In this document: positions 48,813 to 60,457 of the stretch, piece by piece
How the letters are laid out: every line of letters begins with the position of its first letter
How positions within the stretch are numbered: the first letter of the stretch is position 1
Source of the DNA: Sphaerodactylus townsendi
Lineage: Eukaryota
Assembly: GCF_021028975.2 (NCBI RefSeq)
Contig: NC_059436.1
Span: 25,792,001 to 25,856,000, forward strand
Length of the DNA: 64,000 bases
Direction: 5' to 3'
The notes under the pieces: model-generated
Told to the model about the DNA's origin: nothing
The model's database searches: none
The model's input: only the letters and a program-made list of their open reading frames with translations
Program-made: the position numbers and the translations under genes

Positions 48813-49783
48813 AGGCACACGAAAGCACAGCACACAGCGCTCCCAGCAGAGGTACAAAATAAATACAATAAATAAAGTCCACTTGCACAAGAGCGGAGGC
48901 GAGAGCTCTGCCGCTCGCCCCAAAGTCAGCAGCACACCCAGGAGTGCAGCCCGGCAGTTGCCCTTCGTGCCTTCCCCCAGGGAATCTGCCCTGGAGACCT
49001 GGACCTTCCCGGAGAAAACGCTGGCCTGGGCAGCCCCAGCAGAATCCCTGCCCCACCCCCCCGGCCCCTGCTGAGCCCGTGGCCCCTCCCGGCTTTGGGG
49101 GCCAGGCCAGAGCAAGCCTCGTCTCCGGAAAAAGCCTGGGGGGAGGCGACAGACAGCCCCACTTTCCTCCGTGCCACTGTCCAGACCCCACGTGGGCAGT
49201 GAACTGGACTGCCTCAGGCAGACAAAGCCTTCCCCCCCCCGCCCCTGCCCGGGCCTTTTAACGGGCAGTGCTGCTGGGGAGTCATCCTGGGACCTCCTGC
49301 CGTTCCAGCAGAGGCTCTGCCCCTGAGCCCCCACAGCCCCTCCCCCCGCGACAGTTTCCTCAGCTGCCGGGCGATTGCAGGGAAATCCAGACCCGGCTCA
49401 TGGAAGAGCCCACATGGGGCGGTTCGGCCCCTGCAGGCCTGAGCGGGCAGTTCCCCGGGAGGGGGGCAGGCAACACACACACACCTGATGGAAAGTCCTC
49501 ACGGCAGATGTGGCCGCTGTTGTGCGTAGTCAGTGCTCTGAGTTACCCAAGTGTGGGGTGCCTTGAATGCGCAGCAGCAGTCCTACCCACCCACCCCTAC
49601 AAAGAGGAGACACGGTGGGATGACTCCGCCTGCTCTGCCATTCCACCAGTCGCCGTGTCGTGGCTCCTCCAGTTGTGTCTCTGGAGTGACTCCTCCCTAC
49701 GTCCGGCACCAGCGAATGTTCAGGCTGAGGTGCACGGGGGAGGGGGCTCCAGGAAGCCTGGCGTCAGGAGGGCCTTGATCCAC

Positions 49784-52700
49784 TCAGGCAGGCCCGGCAA
49801 GGACTCCGAGCCCCCCTGGGCCCACGCCAGACAGGAAGTTCAGTCGCTCGTGGTGTGCAAGAGCCCAGGGGCCCAGGGTTGAGGGAGTGGCAACAGACGC
49901 CTGCTTCAGATAGCCGGACCCCAAGACTGGCCTTGATGGAGCGATGCCCTCAGAGTTGGGCAGGCAGCTGAAGGAGCCCAGAGCCTCCTGCGGGGGCCCG
50001 GCTTGCCTTTGATACCCAGGAAGCTGAGCAGGAGGCGGCTCCCCTTGCTCCTGTGCCTCCTCCGCCCCAGCTCCCAGACTGAAACGCTCCTCCACCCCCC
50101 GCCCCCCATCCTCCCAATCACTCCTCAGCAGGGGCCCCCTGGGCTCCTCCAGAAGTCTCAGAAGGAGGCTGCAGCTGCTCAGGGGGGCTTGCAAGCAGAT
50201 ACCACTGTCGCTGCTGCTGCTGCTGAACGTGCCGCTGTCCGACAGGTCTCTGAGCTGCACACTTTCTGCTCTACTGCTGGCCAAGGCTTCTGGCAGACAG
50301 GGCCTTGCTTGCCCTGGCACTCGCCAAACTGGAGCTCCACTGGAGAGGCTCACGCTGGAAGGATGGGTTTGGGAGGGGTCCTTCACGCCCATGGAAATCT
50401 GATGGGTAGACTCCACTTCCAAGCACAGATCCACACCTCTCATCCCAAGAGGCCGGGGAGAAGAAGTCTGCTTCTGGAAAGAATTCTGGCAGCAAACAAG
50501 AAGGAAGCCTTAGCTGGCCGGCCAGCCTGGCCATTGATGACCCACATATTTGCTATCCCTTCCGTTGCTCACAGGAGCTCTGAGCAGCACACATGCCCCT
50601 GCCCAGGGGTTGCCCCCGTAGCATCTGTGTGAGGCAGGCTGCGTGGAGGAAGTGGGATGGCGGCCCCACAGTCTCAGCTTCTGCTTCTATCTCCCATAAG
50701 TTGCCCAGAAGGCAAGTTGTTTATCATGTGTGTGGAGCGTGTGTGTATCGGCCTCTGATTCTATCTATCCTCAGTCAACACAGCTATGCCTGCCTGGCAG
50801 CAAGCACAAGCAAAGTTTGGGTCCTTTTTATCAGGCTCAGCCCTGGAGACAGGATCTATGCTTGTCTAAAATTAGAAATCCCCCCCAAAGCTCCTGAGTA
50901 CAATAATTCATAGAAACCTCGTGCAGAGCAGTGCTGACTGGGACAATCCTGTTCTGCAGAAACATCTGCTGTTTAGGCTGGAGAGCGCCCGTCAGTCACT
51001 TAGCCAAGGTTTGTTCGTTTGTTTGTTTATGACACTCATTAGCCATTTTCCTCCCTCATGGGACTCAAGGCGGCTTGCAACAGAAGTGAAGTGATGATCA
51101 AGAATGCAACCCCTTTTCTCCCTCTTTGCCCCCCCCCCCCCCGCTGCCCTGGACTGACGCCAGCCTGTGAAGTGTCGCAACAGCAGTCAGAAATGGAAAC
51201 TTGCAACAATGATCAAATGTTAGAAATTATTGCAGCTGGATCCTGTATGTTAACTATTTTAAGGAATGGGCATGTTACTTCGTGCTCCTGGCTTATTTGC
51301 ATATCATAATTATTTCATCCATTATGTTTCTTTTGTGACCTCTGCAGGAGGAGCAATTTGTTTTCTGACTAAGGAACACAATGATCTGATGAACAGCAAA
51401 ATAAAAGCAATCCTTTGATTCAGCGGCCAGGGGCAGGGGGGAGGCCCGTGGCCGCTGTGCTTGCCTGGGAGGCCGTCCATCAAGAATCTGCTTGGCGCCC
51501 CTCCCCCAGGGCTTCTCACAGAAGAGGGACGAGGCCTTCCTTGTGGGGTGTATAGGGTTGGCATTCAGGCACTCCCCGTGGACCCCCAAAGCCAGACGCA
51601 ATGGTGAGGGGAGAGGATCTCAAGGGAAGCACGTACCAGCACAGAGGGGGTCTCCATGGGTTTCTTCAGATGTGCCCAGACCTGTGCCGCAGCTACACCA
51701 CCAAGAGCCACCAGAATGAAGAGGGCCACGCTGAGGATTGCTCTGGCTTGTGCGCTGTCTGCCAAGAAAGCATCTCCAAGGGTTATTTGGCATCTGTCGC
51801 ACACGCCATTATCATAATGCTATAAATGTTTTCCGCCCCTTGTCTGGGAAAGAGGGCCCCAGCTGCCACTTCAGGGATGCACCCACTGCTCCCAGCCAGA
51901 AGACATCTGAGGAGGTGGGGGGTGGGTGGGTTCAGAGGCACTAGAATAGTGGTTCTCAGCCTTCCTAATGCTGCGACCCTTTAATATATTTTCTCATGTT
52001 GTGGTGACCCCCAATCCTAACATTTATTCATTTTACAGATGGAGAACACTGATGCAGAAAGCCTTAGGCGGCCCCTGTGAAATGGTCGTTCGAGCCCCAA
52101 AGGGGTCCTGACCCACAGGTTGAGAACCACTGCACTAGAAAGATAGACCAGCAGACCAGAGATCACCGCATTGCTGCCTCGGGGTTTGCAGCTGAGGCCT
52201 TGGCTGTCCCTTGCCCTCCTGGCCTCTAAGCAGCCCCGACTTCCTGACTGAAGGGTGCCGAAGGGCCTGCATACATTTGCAACACCCAGAAAACTCTGAG
52301 GGGAGACAGGGAGGGAGCCCCCACCCCGTACTGGATGCCCCTGGGAGGACTGTCGAGAAACGCTACCAGTCAGGTGCCCATTTAAACTCGGGCACAAGGG
52401 CTCTCCTGCTGCTGACGGGCAGTTGTGTGGCCTGCTGACTCCTTACCCGGCCTGCCCGTCTCCTGCTTCCCCACGGGTGGACAGGGAGGTGGCAGCAGAG
52501 GTTGCTGGCCTCTGATCTGTGCCGTGGCTCACCTTTCAGGGGGGGAGTCGAGACACACTGCTCTTCTGTCCGCGTGGCAGGATTTGGCCGGGAGGGCAGG
52601 TAGGGCTCCACGCTCACACAATACCGCTCACCCCACACAAGCGCAGGGAGGTCAAAAGTCCGGTTGGTTTTAACCAGCAGATACTGCAGGGGGCAGCATG

Positions 52701-54300
52701 AGAGACATCAAGCCAAGGTTGCGTGGGCCATGTGGGCCTCTGGCCAGACAAGGGTGGCGGCTGCACAGGAGCTTGCCTGAAATGGGGCCCCTGCAGCAGG
52801 CGCCCACACCCCGGGTTCCAGGAGGTGGCGGTGCCTCCCTGTGCCCAAAGCTCTCAGGCTGCTGCCTCTCTCCTCCATGGAGACCAGCCCCACAAAGCCC
52901 CTGCAGAGAGGGAATCGGCAGCCTGGGGTGGGGTAGAGGGAACTGAGTTGCACCATGCCTTGGCCAAGAACCCAACCCCCATGTCAATGGACCCCCACCT
53001 GGGATGTTGGCAGGGCGTGGCGGAGGAGAGGGGAGCCCTCCCAGGGGATGGTGCTGCAGCCTCACCTGGTCATTGCTGGATGCCCTCCGAACATAGACCC
53101 GGTACTGCTCCCACCCGCCTGGGTGCAGGTCCTCGTGGGCGATGGTGGCCTGCTGCCCTCTGTGCACGGGCAGCTCCAAGGTCACCCGCAGGATGTTGCC
53201 GGAGAGGGACAGGTTCACCTTCCACAACCGGAGAGTGGCTGGGAAAATAAAACGACCCCAGTCAGTTGGGAGGATTTCCCAGGCAGGATGCTGGAAATGC
53301 GCGCGCCCGGGTGACCCCGCTCATGCTGAGGCGCAGAAGCTCCTCCTCCTTCCCACAGCAGCAGGACGGGGCAGGGACTCAGCGGGCCGCGCATGCGGGA
53401 ATAAGGGCACCTGGCTGGGCACGGTTTTTGGGAGCAGGGGAGGGCACCCCGCCCCCAACACACACAGGCCCCAAATCAAGCCGAGGAAAGGAGGGCGGCA
53501 GGCAGGCCCAGGACGGTTAGAGGCCTCTGACCGCCGGTTGGGGGCTCCCGGAATGGGGGCGAAGGGCCAGCCCCAGAAAGCCCAGTCCCAAACCCAGGGA
53601 GGTGGGGGTGGGGGTGGGCTGGCTTAATAGCCCCTCCCCGGCAGGGCGACCGCTCCGACTGGGACCCAGCGTGGCTTCCGAGTGCCGAGCAAGGCCACCT
53701 CCAGCCCACTCCCCCCCCCCCCCGCCACGCGTGCCCCAAGGCCGAGCCGGGCTCCGACTGACGAAGAGGAGGGGGGCCCTCCGCCGCGTGGTCGCCTACC
53801 CTCCTTGGGCGAGAAGGGCGCGGTGGCCGTCCAGTGGGAGGGGGTGCCGTGGGCGTCCAGGGCGCGCACCCGGGCGAAGTAGCGGTGCGCCGGCTCCGCG
53901 GTCTCGGCGGTGAGGTCGCAGTCCAGGCGGGCGATGGCGGTGCAGCGGCCCACCGGCGTCCAGCTGTGGTTGCCATATCTGCGGGTGGGCGGGTGGGGGG
54001 GAGGGGAGAGTACGGATGATGATGGGCAGGCAGGCAGGCAGGCCTCCGTCGCGCAGGGGGCTCCGGGCCGGGGCCGGTGACAGGGTCTTACCGCTTGTAC
54101 TGCACGTCGTAGAGGACGAGGCGCGGCCCCGGCGAGCGGCTGGCTGCAGGCGCCCAGAGCAGCAGGTGCTGGAAGGTGCGGGCCACGAGGCGCACGCGCT
54201 CCGGGGCCCCCGGGGCAGCCTCAGCGGAGGGGTCGGGCCGGCCGCCCTGCAGCCACAGCAGGAGCAGGAGCAGGAGACGCGCAGCGCGGCACGCGCGCAT
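49784..54300 (-). CDS. IL10RA: Interleukin-10 receptor subunit alpha, about 511 aa; exons 54300-54092, 53978-53800, 53238-53066, 52683-52533, 51758-51637, 50485-49784
   Basis: Signal peptide plus class II cytokine receptor FNIII domains (FQHLLLW, CDLTAET..YFARVRA..SHW, YCVSVEP..SRPN..EEQC), a TM segment, box1-like PSVL, DSGTFS and DSGICLQ motifs, and two YxxQ sites (YQRQ, YLKQ). Synteny with SMIM35 supports the call. The extreme C-terminus is uncertain. Confidence 0.92.
51947..52132 (-). mobile_element. SPIN-like (hAT) MITE in an IL10RA intron
   Basis: Minus strand begins CAGTGGTTCTCAACCTGTGGGTC and contains GGTCACCACAACATGAG..ATTAAAGGGTCGCAGCATTAGGAAGG, as in SPIN/URR1 ends. 8-bp TSD cactagaa (51939-51946, 52133-52140). 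Confidence 0.85.
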
Positions 54301-54582
54301 CTCCAGCCCAGCGCAGCTCGTCGCGTTCAGGCGGCTGCCGCGCAGCTTCTCAGGACTGGCCAAGGGAGTGGGTGGTCTCCCTTCTTCCCCCTTGGCCGCT
54401 TCCTGCGAGGGGCGGGACGCACCGCCAGCCTGGCCAGGCCGGGCCATTCCCGGGGGATCTCCCCCTGCGCAGCAGCAGCAGCAGGAGGGGAAACCCCTCG
54501 GGAGGGGGGGCGCCACTCCCCCACAGGCACCGGACAGCGCCCCTCCGCCGCTCCTCCTCCTGTCTGTGGGCCCCTGAGGGAG

Positions 54583-54620
<38 letters not shown>
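54583..54620. repeat. (CTG/CAG)n trinucleotide repeat upstream of the IL10RA ATG
   Basis: About 12 consecutive CTG units inside the IL10RA CpG island. Confidence 0.9.
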
Positions 54621-55019
54621 GGGCTCTCCCGCTTGGGGGGCTGCTGCGCCGGAGGAGCGCCTTGGGACGAAGAAGGCCAGGGAGGGCTTCCAAGCAAAGG
54701 CAGGCAGGCGGCCCCGCTTCTTGTATGCAGCCAGCCAGGCCGGCCACCCGCCCTGCCAGGCAACCTGGCCCTCCTCCTGCCCTGGGCTGAACCATCTGTC
54801 TTCAAGGGCAGCCCCCTCCCCGGCACCGGATTGTAGTCAAGGCTGGGTGTGCTAAAGCAGAGCTGGCCTCTGAGATGCCCTTCACTCGGTGCCCCCGCCC
54901 ACCTGCCCGCGGAGAGAGGTTCCTCTCCCTCCTCTGTAAAGGCAGAGCAGGTTGCAGGCGCCCGTGGAAGCTGGCTGGAGAACAGGCCTTTTCCACAGAA
55001 GAAGTGAGTGGTGCCTGCT

Positions 55020-55235
55020 CTGGATACTCTTGCTGTTTGCCACCTTCAGGACTCCCAAAGCAGCTGACACAAGGGGAGGCCGCCAGAGTCCAGAGAGAAC
55101 CACGACTGACCCGAGGTCACCCAGCAGGGCAGGCTTCCTGGGGAGAAGTGGGGGACCGAACCCAGTTGTCTCCAGATTAGAGTCTGCCCCACCCCTGCTG
55201 GCATCAGGCACTCCTCCCTGCCATGAACTGTAGTG
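55020..55235 (-). mobile_element. Old SINE copy
   Basis: gagagaaccacgactgacccgaggtcacccagcag...tctccagattagagtctgcc, similar to 560-700. Confidence 0.6.
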
Positions 55236-55889
55236 AAGGGCGGTTCCTTAGATGGCTTTTCAGGCCACCCCTGGCCAGGGTCAGTGGAGCCTCCAGGCTG
55301 GGAGGCCACAGAGCTCTGAGCAGCAGCAGCTACGGGGAGAGGGGCCTGCTGGCGGTGAGGGGGGCCTCCTGAGAGCACTGCTCCTCCCTGGCTTCAGAGG
55401 TGGGTGGGGGAGGGGGCAAGTGATGCTCCATCTGCTTTGAGGGCTCCCTGGACAGCTGGCTAAGGAGCTTGGGAGACTGGCCAGGCCACGGCAGTTTTGT
55501 TTCACACTGTGGGGGCAGAAGATTCCCCCCTCCCCCCCAGGGCAGGGATTTCCTCAGGAGGAAGTGACATCTGCAGTTCCTCCTCTGAGAGGGGTGGGGG
55601 AGGGGAGGCGGTCCTACTGCTGGCCTGAGGCCTCCCCAGTTGTCAAAAGCAGAACTGGCTGCTCATCCCCAGGAGGTTTCTGTGCCTGGCGGTTGCGTTT
55701 CCCTCGCAGGGAAGAAAGTGTGAATTTCCCCACAGTGTTCTGACTTATTTGGGCAAAACCCAAATGTGCAGCTGATGCTGCTGACTCCCCTGCCCTGATC
55801 CAGCCTTTGTGGCAGTTTCGTGTGAAAACTCTAGGAGGAGAAAAAGGAGGGAAGAAGGAAGGCCAGAGAGGATGTGCCAGAGAGCTCCA

Positions 55890-56081
55890 NNNNNNNNNNN
55901 NNNNNNNNNNNNNNNNNNNNNNNNNNNNNNNNNNNNNNNNNNNNNNNNNNNNNNNNNNNNNNNNNNNNNNNNNNNNNNNNNNNNNNNNNNNNNNNNNNNN
56001 NNNNNNNNNNNNNNNNNNNNNNNNNNNNNNNNNNNNNNNNNNNNNNNNNNNNNNNNNNNNNNNNNNNNNNNNNNNNNNNNN
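55890..56081. other. Assembly gap (192 N)
   Basis: Run of N bases. Confidence 1.
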
Positions 56082-56197
56082 GAATAAAAAGGGAGGATCA
56101 CAGAGTTGGAGGCAGTGCCTGAGTGCCAAGAAGGAGGCAGGGAGAACTTCTTGCACTGCCCCCTCCCTGCCACAGACCACTTTCCACCACGGGATGG

Positions 56198-56345
56198 TTA
56201 AGAACATAAGGAAAAGCCAGCTGGATCAGACCAGAGTCCATCCAGTCCAGCATTCTGCCACTCGCAGTGGTCCACCAGGTGCCTTTGGGAGCTCACCTGC
56301 AGGGTGTGAAAGCAGTGGCTTTCTGCTGCTGCTGCTGCTGCTCCT
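56198..56345 (-). mobile_element. CR1 3' tail fragment
   Basis: Reverse complement of the 43690-43828 and 6770-6922 tails. Confidence 0.8.
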
Positions 56346-57451
56346 GGTTTCTTTAGAGCCAGGTTCTAAAGAAATGCCCTCCAGGAGCGATCCATTTGGC
56401 CCACTTCGTGGAATGCTACCAGTGGGGGAGCCTTCCTGACCTCCCCAAGCAGGCCGCTTGACAGGGTGGGGTGAGACCACTGCAGAGAGTGCCTGCTTAT
56501 GGGTAGCAGCAGCCAGCCCCGCCCATTAGCAAGGGGCCACCCTCAGAAGGTTGTGGTCAGAACAGCAGGGAGGGTTGCTGAGCTGACGGATTTCTGTACT
56601 GGGGGAGTTGAGATGTTGCCTCTCCAGACTTCTGCTTGGCAACAGCTTCTGCCAAGACCTTCCTTTCCCGGCACTCCGACAAGGACAACAGCCCCGAGCT
56701 CAGCTGCTTCTGTCCACCAGCCATGGTCTCAGGGCCAGGCCATCTGGCCTGATGCGCAGGACTCTTGTGTCCCTCTCCGCTCCGGGCTTTTCAGAATGGC
56801 TGCCAGGGGGCATTTGGCAATTGAGGGAGGGGGAGCAAGAGGATTTTATCTTGCCGCATTGCAGGCCCAATCAGAATTGGGCCCTCATGGCATTTCTAAA
56901 GGACTTGAACATTGCAGTGGCGTCTAGTAGGGCTCTCCTGCTCTCAAGGGTGGGCGGGAACCCCTCTGCCAGAGATGCCATTACGGGCAGGCGGGCGGGC
57001 AGCTGGGGTGGCGTGGAGCTCTTGCCGGAAAGCAGTGGCTTCTCGCCCCACCAGCGGTCTCTGGGCCAGCCCATTGCGGTGGCAGCGGCGGGGCTCGCCC
57101 GGGCCCTGCGCGTGGTGCGAGTGGCGGGGACGGTCATGGGCAGGCTGCTTGTGGTGGACTGGGCTGGCCAGGGTTACAGCAGCGCTGACTCCTCCTTGTG
57201 AGGGCTGCCCAGCTGCTCTGCCCCGGGGGCGCCCACAGCCCCCATCCCACTAAATGCGGCCCGCCCACACTGCAACACGGCAGCCCCGAGAAAGCGCCCA
57301 GAGGCGCCCGCCACCATGGATTGAACCCCCCGCAAAAAACATGTCAAGGTGGGGAAGGGCAGTGGGGCGCCGCCCGCCCCCACCCCCTGCCGCTCTCTCC
57401 CGGCTGCCGCTCTGCCTTGACCGCGGCTCAGCCTGCTTTGTGGCTTGGCCT

Positions 57452-59209
57452 TGTTACCGCTGCTGTTCGGGTAACATTAAGTGATTTCAGCTCAGGCAAT
57501 GTAGTGAGGCCCAGGAAGCCGGTTTCTTCAAAAGCAAAGTATTTTATTCAGAAGTGGTTGCTACAGCTTGGGCAGGGGAATTGCACTTTCGTAGCCAAGT
57601 GCTGGAACTTTTATACACACCGATCCAAAGGGGCAGGTAAGGGGGCAGGTCCCTTACCGTACAACAATAAAGAAACATCAACACATAAAAGAAAAGATAC
57701 AATTACAACTTTGTGAATGGGACCATGAGATCTCGCTGTCAGGCATCTTCCCGCGAGACTTTACGATAGTGCTGAAATGGAGAGCGGAGAGTGTCCATTC
57801 ATAAAACTGGGTGAGCCTGTTTAACGCACCCAGGAATCTGGTTATCAGATGGGCTGCTTCCTTGAGTTATGACCTGAGGCTCCTGCGCCTCGATCCCGCA
57901 ACAAATGAAAGTTCAAATGGTCCAATGGTTATCTTGACACGTTCTTCAACGGCTGGGATATCTGGGGCGCCATCATCAGATTCAATTTGTAAATCCAAAG
58001 GGGTCTTTGTTTCCGCTAAAGAGATCTACCGGGTGTTGGCCCAAACTGAATTCCAAGGCTAGCTTCCTTGGCTCTTCATATCAGCTGCTACAAGCCACTG
58101 CTTTCTCCAACATATACAGATATCTAAAATAACATTTCTAAACTTAAGCATTAGAGGAAACTAGCAGGCCCAGCCATGCGTTGCTGTGGCTCAGTCTGGT
58201 GAAGTGGAAAAGAAAGAAAAGGGGAAGCGAACGGTTTGAACATGTGTCATTGCACAATGCTTGCAAGGGAGGGGATGGGCAAGGAGACCCTCGCTTCCCT
58301 CCCTCTCTCCCGTTCCCTTGCATGGCACCCCGCCCCGTCCCTCCCTAACGTTCTCCTTCCTCTGCTAGAGTGGCTGAGCCTGTCCCTTTCACTCCCTTCC
58401 CTTGCAGGCAAATTATGTAGCTGAAAACACGCTGGGAGACATGAGCTACGTTGTGTTCAAATTTCAGAGCGTTTGGTCCAGCAAACCCCCGGGCCCTCCC
58501 TCACTTTCCCCTTCCTCCACTAGGGTGGGTTGGCCATGTCCAGATGGCGGACCCCATCCGTTTCACTCCAGATGGCAGCGGTTTTCAAGGAAGGCATGGT
58601 TGTTTCCCTTGTATCAGAGGGTGTTGCTTTGACGGCCAGCAGATGGCGCTGTTGCAGAACAGAACTGTGGTTCCACCTGTCACAGGTGTGGCATGTACAC
58701 AATAACGGGCACAGTTGTGACATGTACACAACAGGAGGTGTGGAAACAGTATGGAAACCTGGCCGCACGCGAATGCGACGTTGTGTGAAAATTTCAAAGC
58801 AATCGGTCCAGTAGTTTGGGAGATTACCTGCCAGCAGAAAAACGCACTGATAGATTTTTATATATAGATAGATAGATAGATAACCTCCAATACAGTACAA
58901 GCACATATACATATAAACAAAAGTATCCTAAATTAACAGTATCAAAACTTTAAATCAACTGGAGAACCTAGCTAAAGTATAATTCTAATTGGGCAAATAA
59001 TTCCAACGCTAAGGGGCTTATATTAAACTTTAAAAGGGATAAAAGCAAGAAGGAAACCATGTAAAACATTGGCACAATCACATATATACGTCCTTTCCAG
59101 GCCCTATGGAGACTTTTGGACAACACTGGTCTCTTTGCTCTGCTCCTTAGCCAGTGTAGTTCAGCGATGGGCTCAGGAAAATATTTTTCCTACTTTCCTG
59201 TTGGTAACA
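57452..59209 (-). mobile_element. Solo LTR interrupted by a Helitron
   Basis: Inverted termini TGTTACC...GGTAACA and near-TSD gcct/gtct. On the minus strand, TATAAAAG (57615-57608) is followed by AATAAA (57548-57543), the U3-R-U5 order. A related copy lies at 10700-11195. Confidence 0.75.
58161..58880 (-). mobile_element. Non-autonomous Helitron
   Basis: On the minus strand: 5' TC(TATC)n TATATATAAAAA, subterminal hairpin AGCCA..TGGCT (58191-58172), 3' CTAG, inserted between A and T with no TSD. It is absent from the homologous LTR copy at about 10875. Confidence 0.8.
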
Positions 59210-60320
59210 GTCTGGCCTGGCTCTTGGCTCGCTGTTGCTTTCCCCCTCTGGCACGTGCTCCTCTTCCAGGCCGAGCACGGGACCTCTGCTGACCTGGCAG
59301 GTGGGTGGAGAGTTGCCAGCCTCCAGGTGGTCACGAAGGCAGGAACCTCCCCGAGAAGCCGGATTCTCACGTGTGCCAGCCCGGCTTGATAACTAGTACA
59401 CGTTAACAATGAACAAAAATGTGGCTTCACAGTCTCGTTCTCTTCCTCCTTCGAGCCCCTCACAAATGACTTAGAAACCAGACATGGAGAAACCAGTGGA
59501 CTCTTAGAAGCCCCACCCTATGAACCCACCATTGGAGCAATGGGGGGGGAGGTGCACCTAGACGTAGGGAATGAACACAAGAATCTGCACCAAAAAGCTC
59601 CACACACAACAAACGGGTCAAGTGAGAAACTACATTTTGTTCATTGTTAATATTTATTAGTCACAAAGTTGACCCTTTTGTACATTGAGCTTTTTGGTGC
59701 AGATTCTTGTGTTTATTATTAACTTCCAGGTGGTGGCTGGATTGTTGAAAGAAAGGGACTTTGCGCTGTTTCCTGCCTCAACCTATAGAGGGTTTTTTTA
59801 CTAGATAGCCAGTGACTAGAAAGGGATCAAGGAATTTGTCACCTTTACTCTATCATGCTGGTTCTTTCCTTTGATGTAGACTGATAATCTCAGGGATTTC
59901 CTCCCTTGCTTCCGCCTTCTTCTCAGAACTCTCCATCTTACCTTCACCATGCCTAGGGAGAGGATGTGTCTCCTGCGCATCCGCCTCCATCCAGCTAGAA
60001 TAGGACAGTTAGTGAACCTATCTCTCCACCTTTCTATCCAGAATGGAGTTCACTAATAAATACTCTTTTTAATAGATTAGAAACTACAAACGACTCTGAC
60101 TTTCTTTTGTGCCTAAGCTCTCTCTCTCTCCCAAGCTTGCCCACGTGGTTGTCCAGGTGAGCTCCGCTGTGTTTCAGCCTCTGAGCACTCTGCTCGATGT
60201 GCAAAGGGAAAACACGCACAAGAGGTGTTGCTTCTCCCAACATGGACGATGACTCATCTCCAGGAAGCAGAGATTAGTTCACCTGGAGGAAGTGGCCCTG
60301 TTGGAAAGGGGGCTCTAGGG

Positions 60321-60457
60321 CAGTGGTGGTGAACCTTTGGCACTCCAGATGTTATGGACTACAATTCCCATCAGCCCCTGCCAATTGGCTATGCTGGCAG
60401 GGGCTGATGGGAATTGTAGTTCTTAACATCTGGAGTGCCAAAGGTTCGCCACCACTG
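60321..60457. mobile_element. Palindromic hAT MITE (137 bp)
   Basis: Near-perfect fold-back cagtggtggtgaacctttggcactccagatg / catctggagtgccaaaggttcgccaccactg with 8-bp TSD ctctaggg. Confidence 0.9.

Noticed and set aside
50003-50632. 209-aa plus-strand ORF
   Set aside because: Antisense shadow of the IL10RA last exon.
55614-56439. ORFs containing runs of X
   Set aside because: Artefacts of translating through the N gap.
59403-59717. DIRS-type ITR/ICR terminal structure
   Set aside because: The arm order (B then A') is the reverse of what an ICR complementary to joined ends would give, and no tyrosine recombinase or RT remnant is visible.
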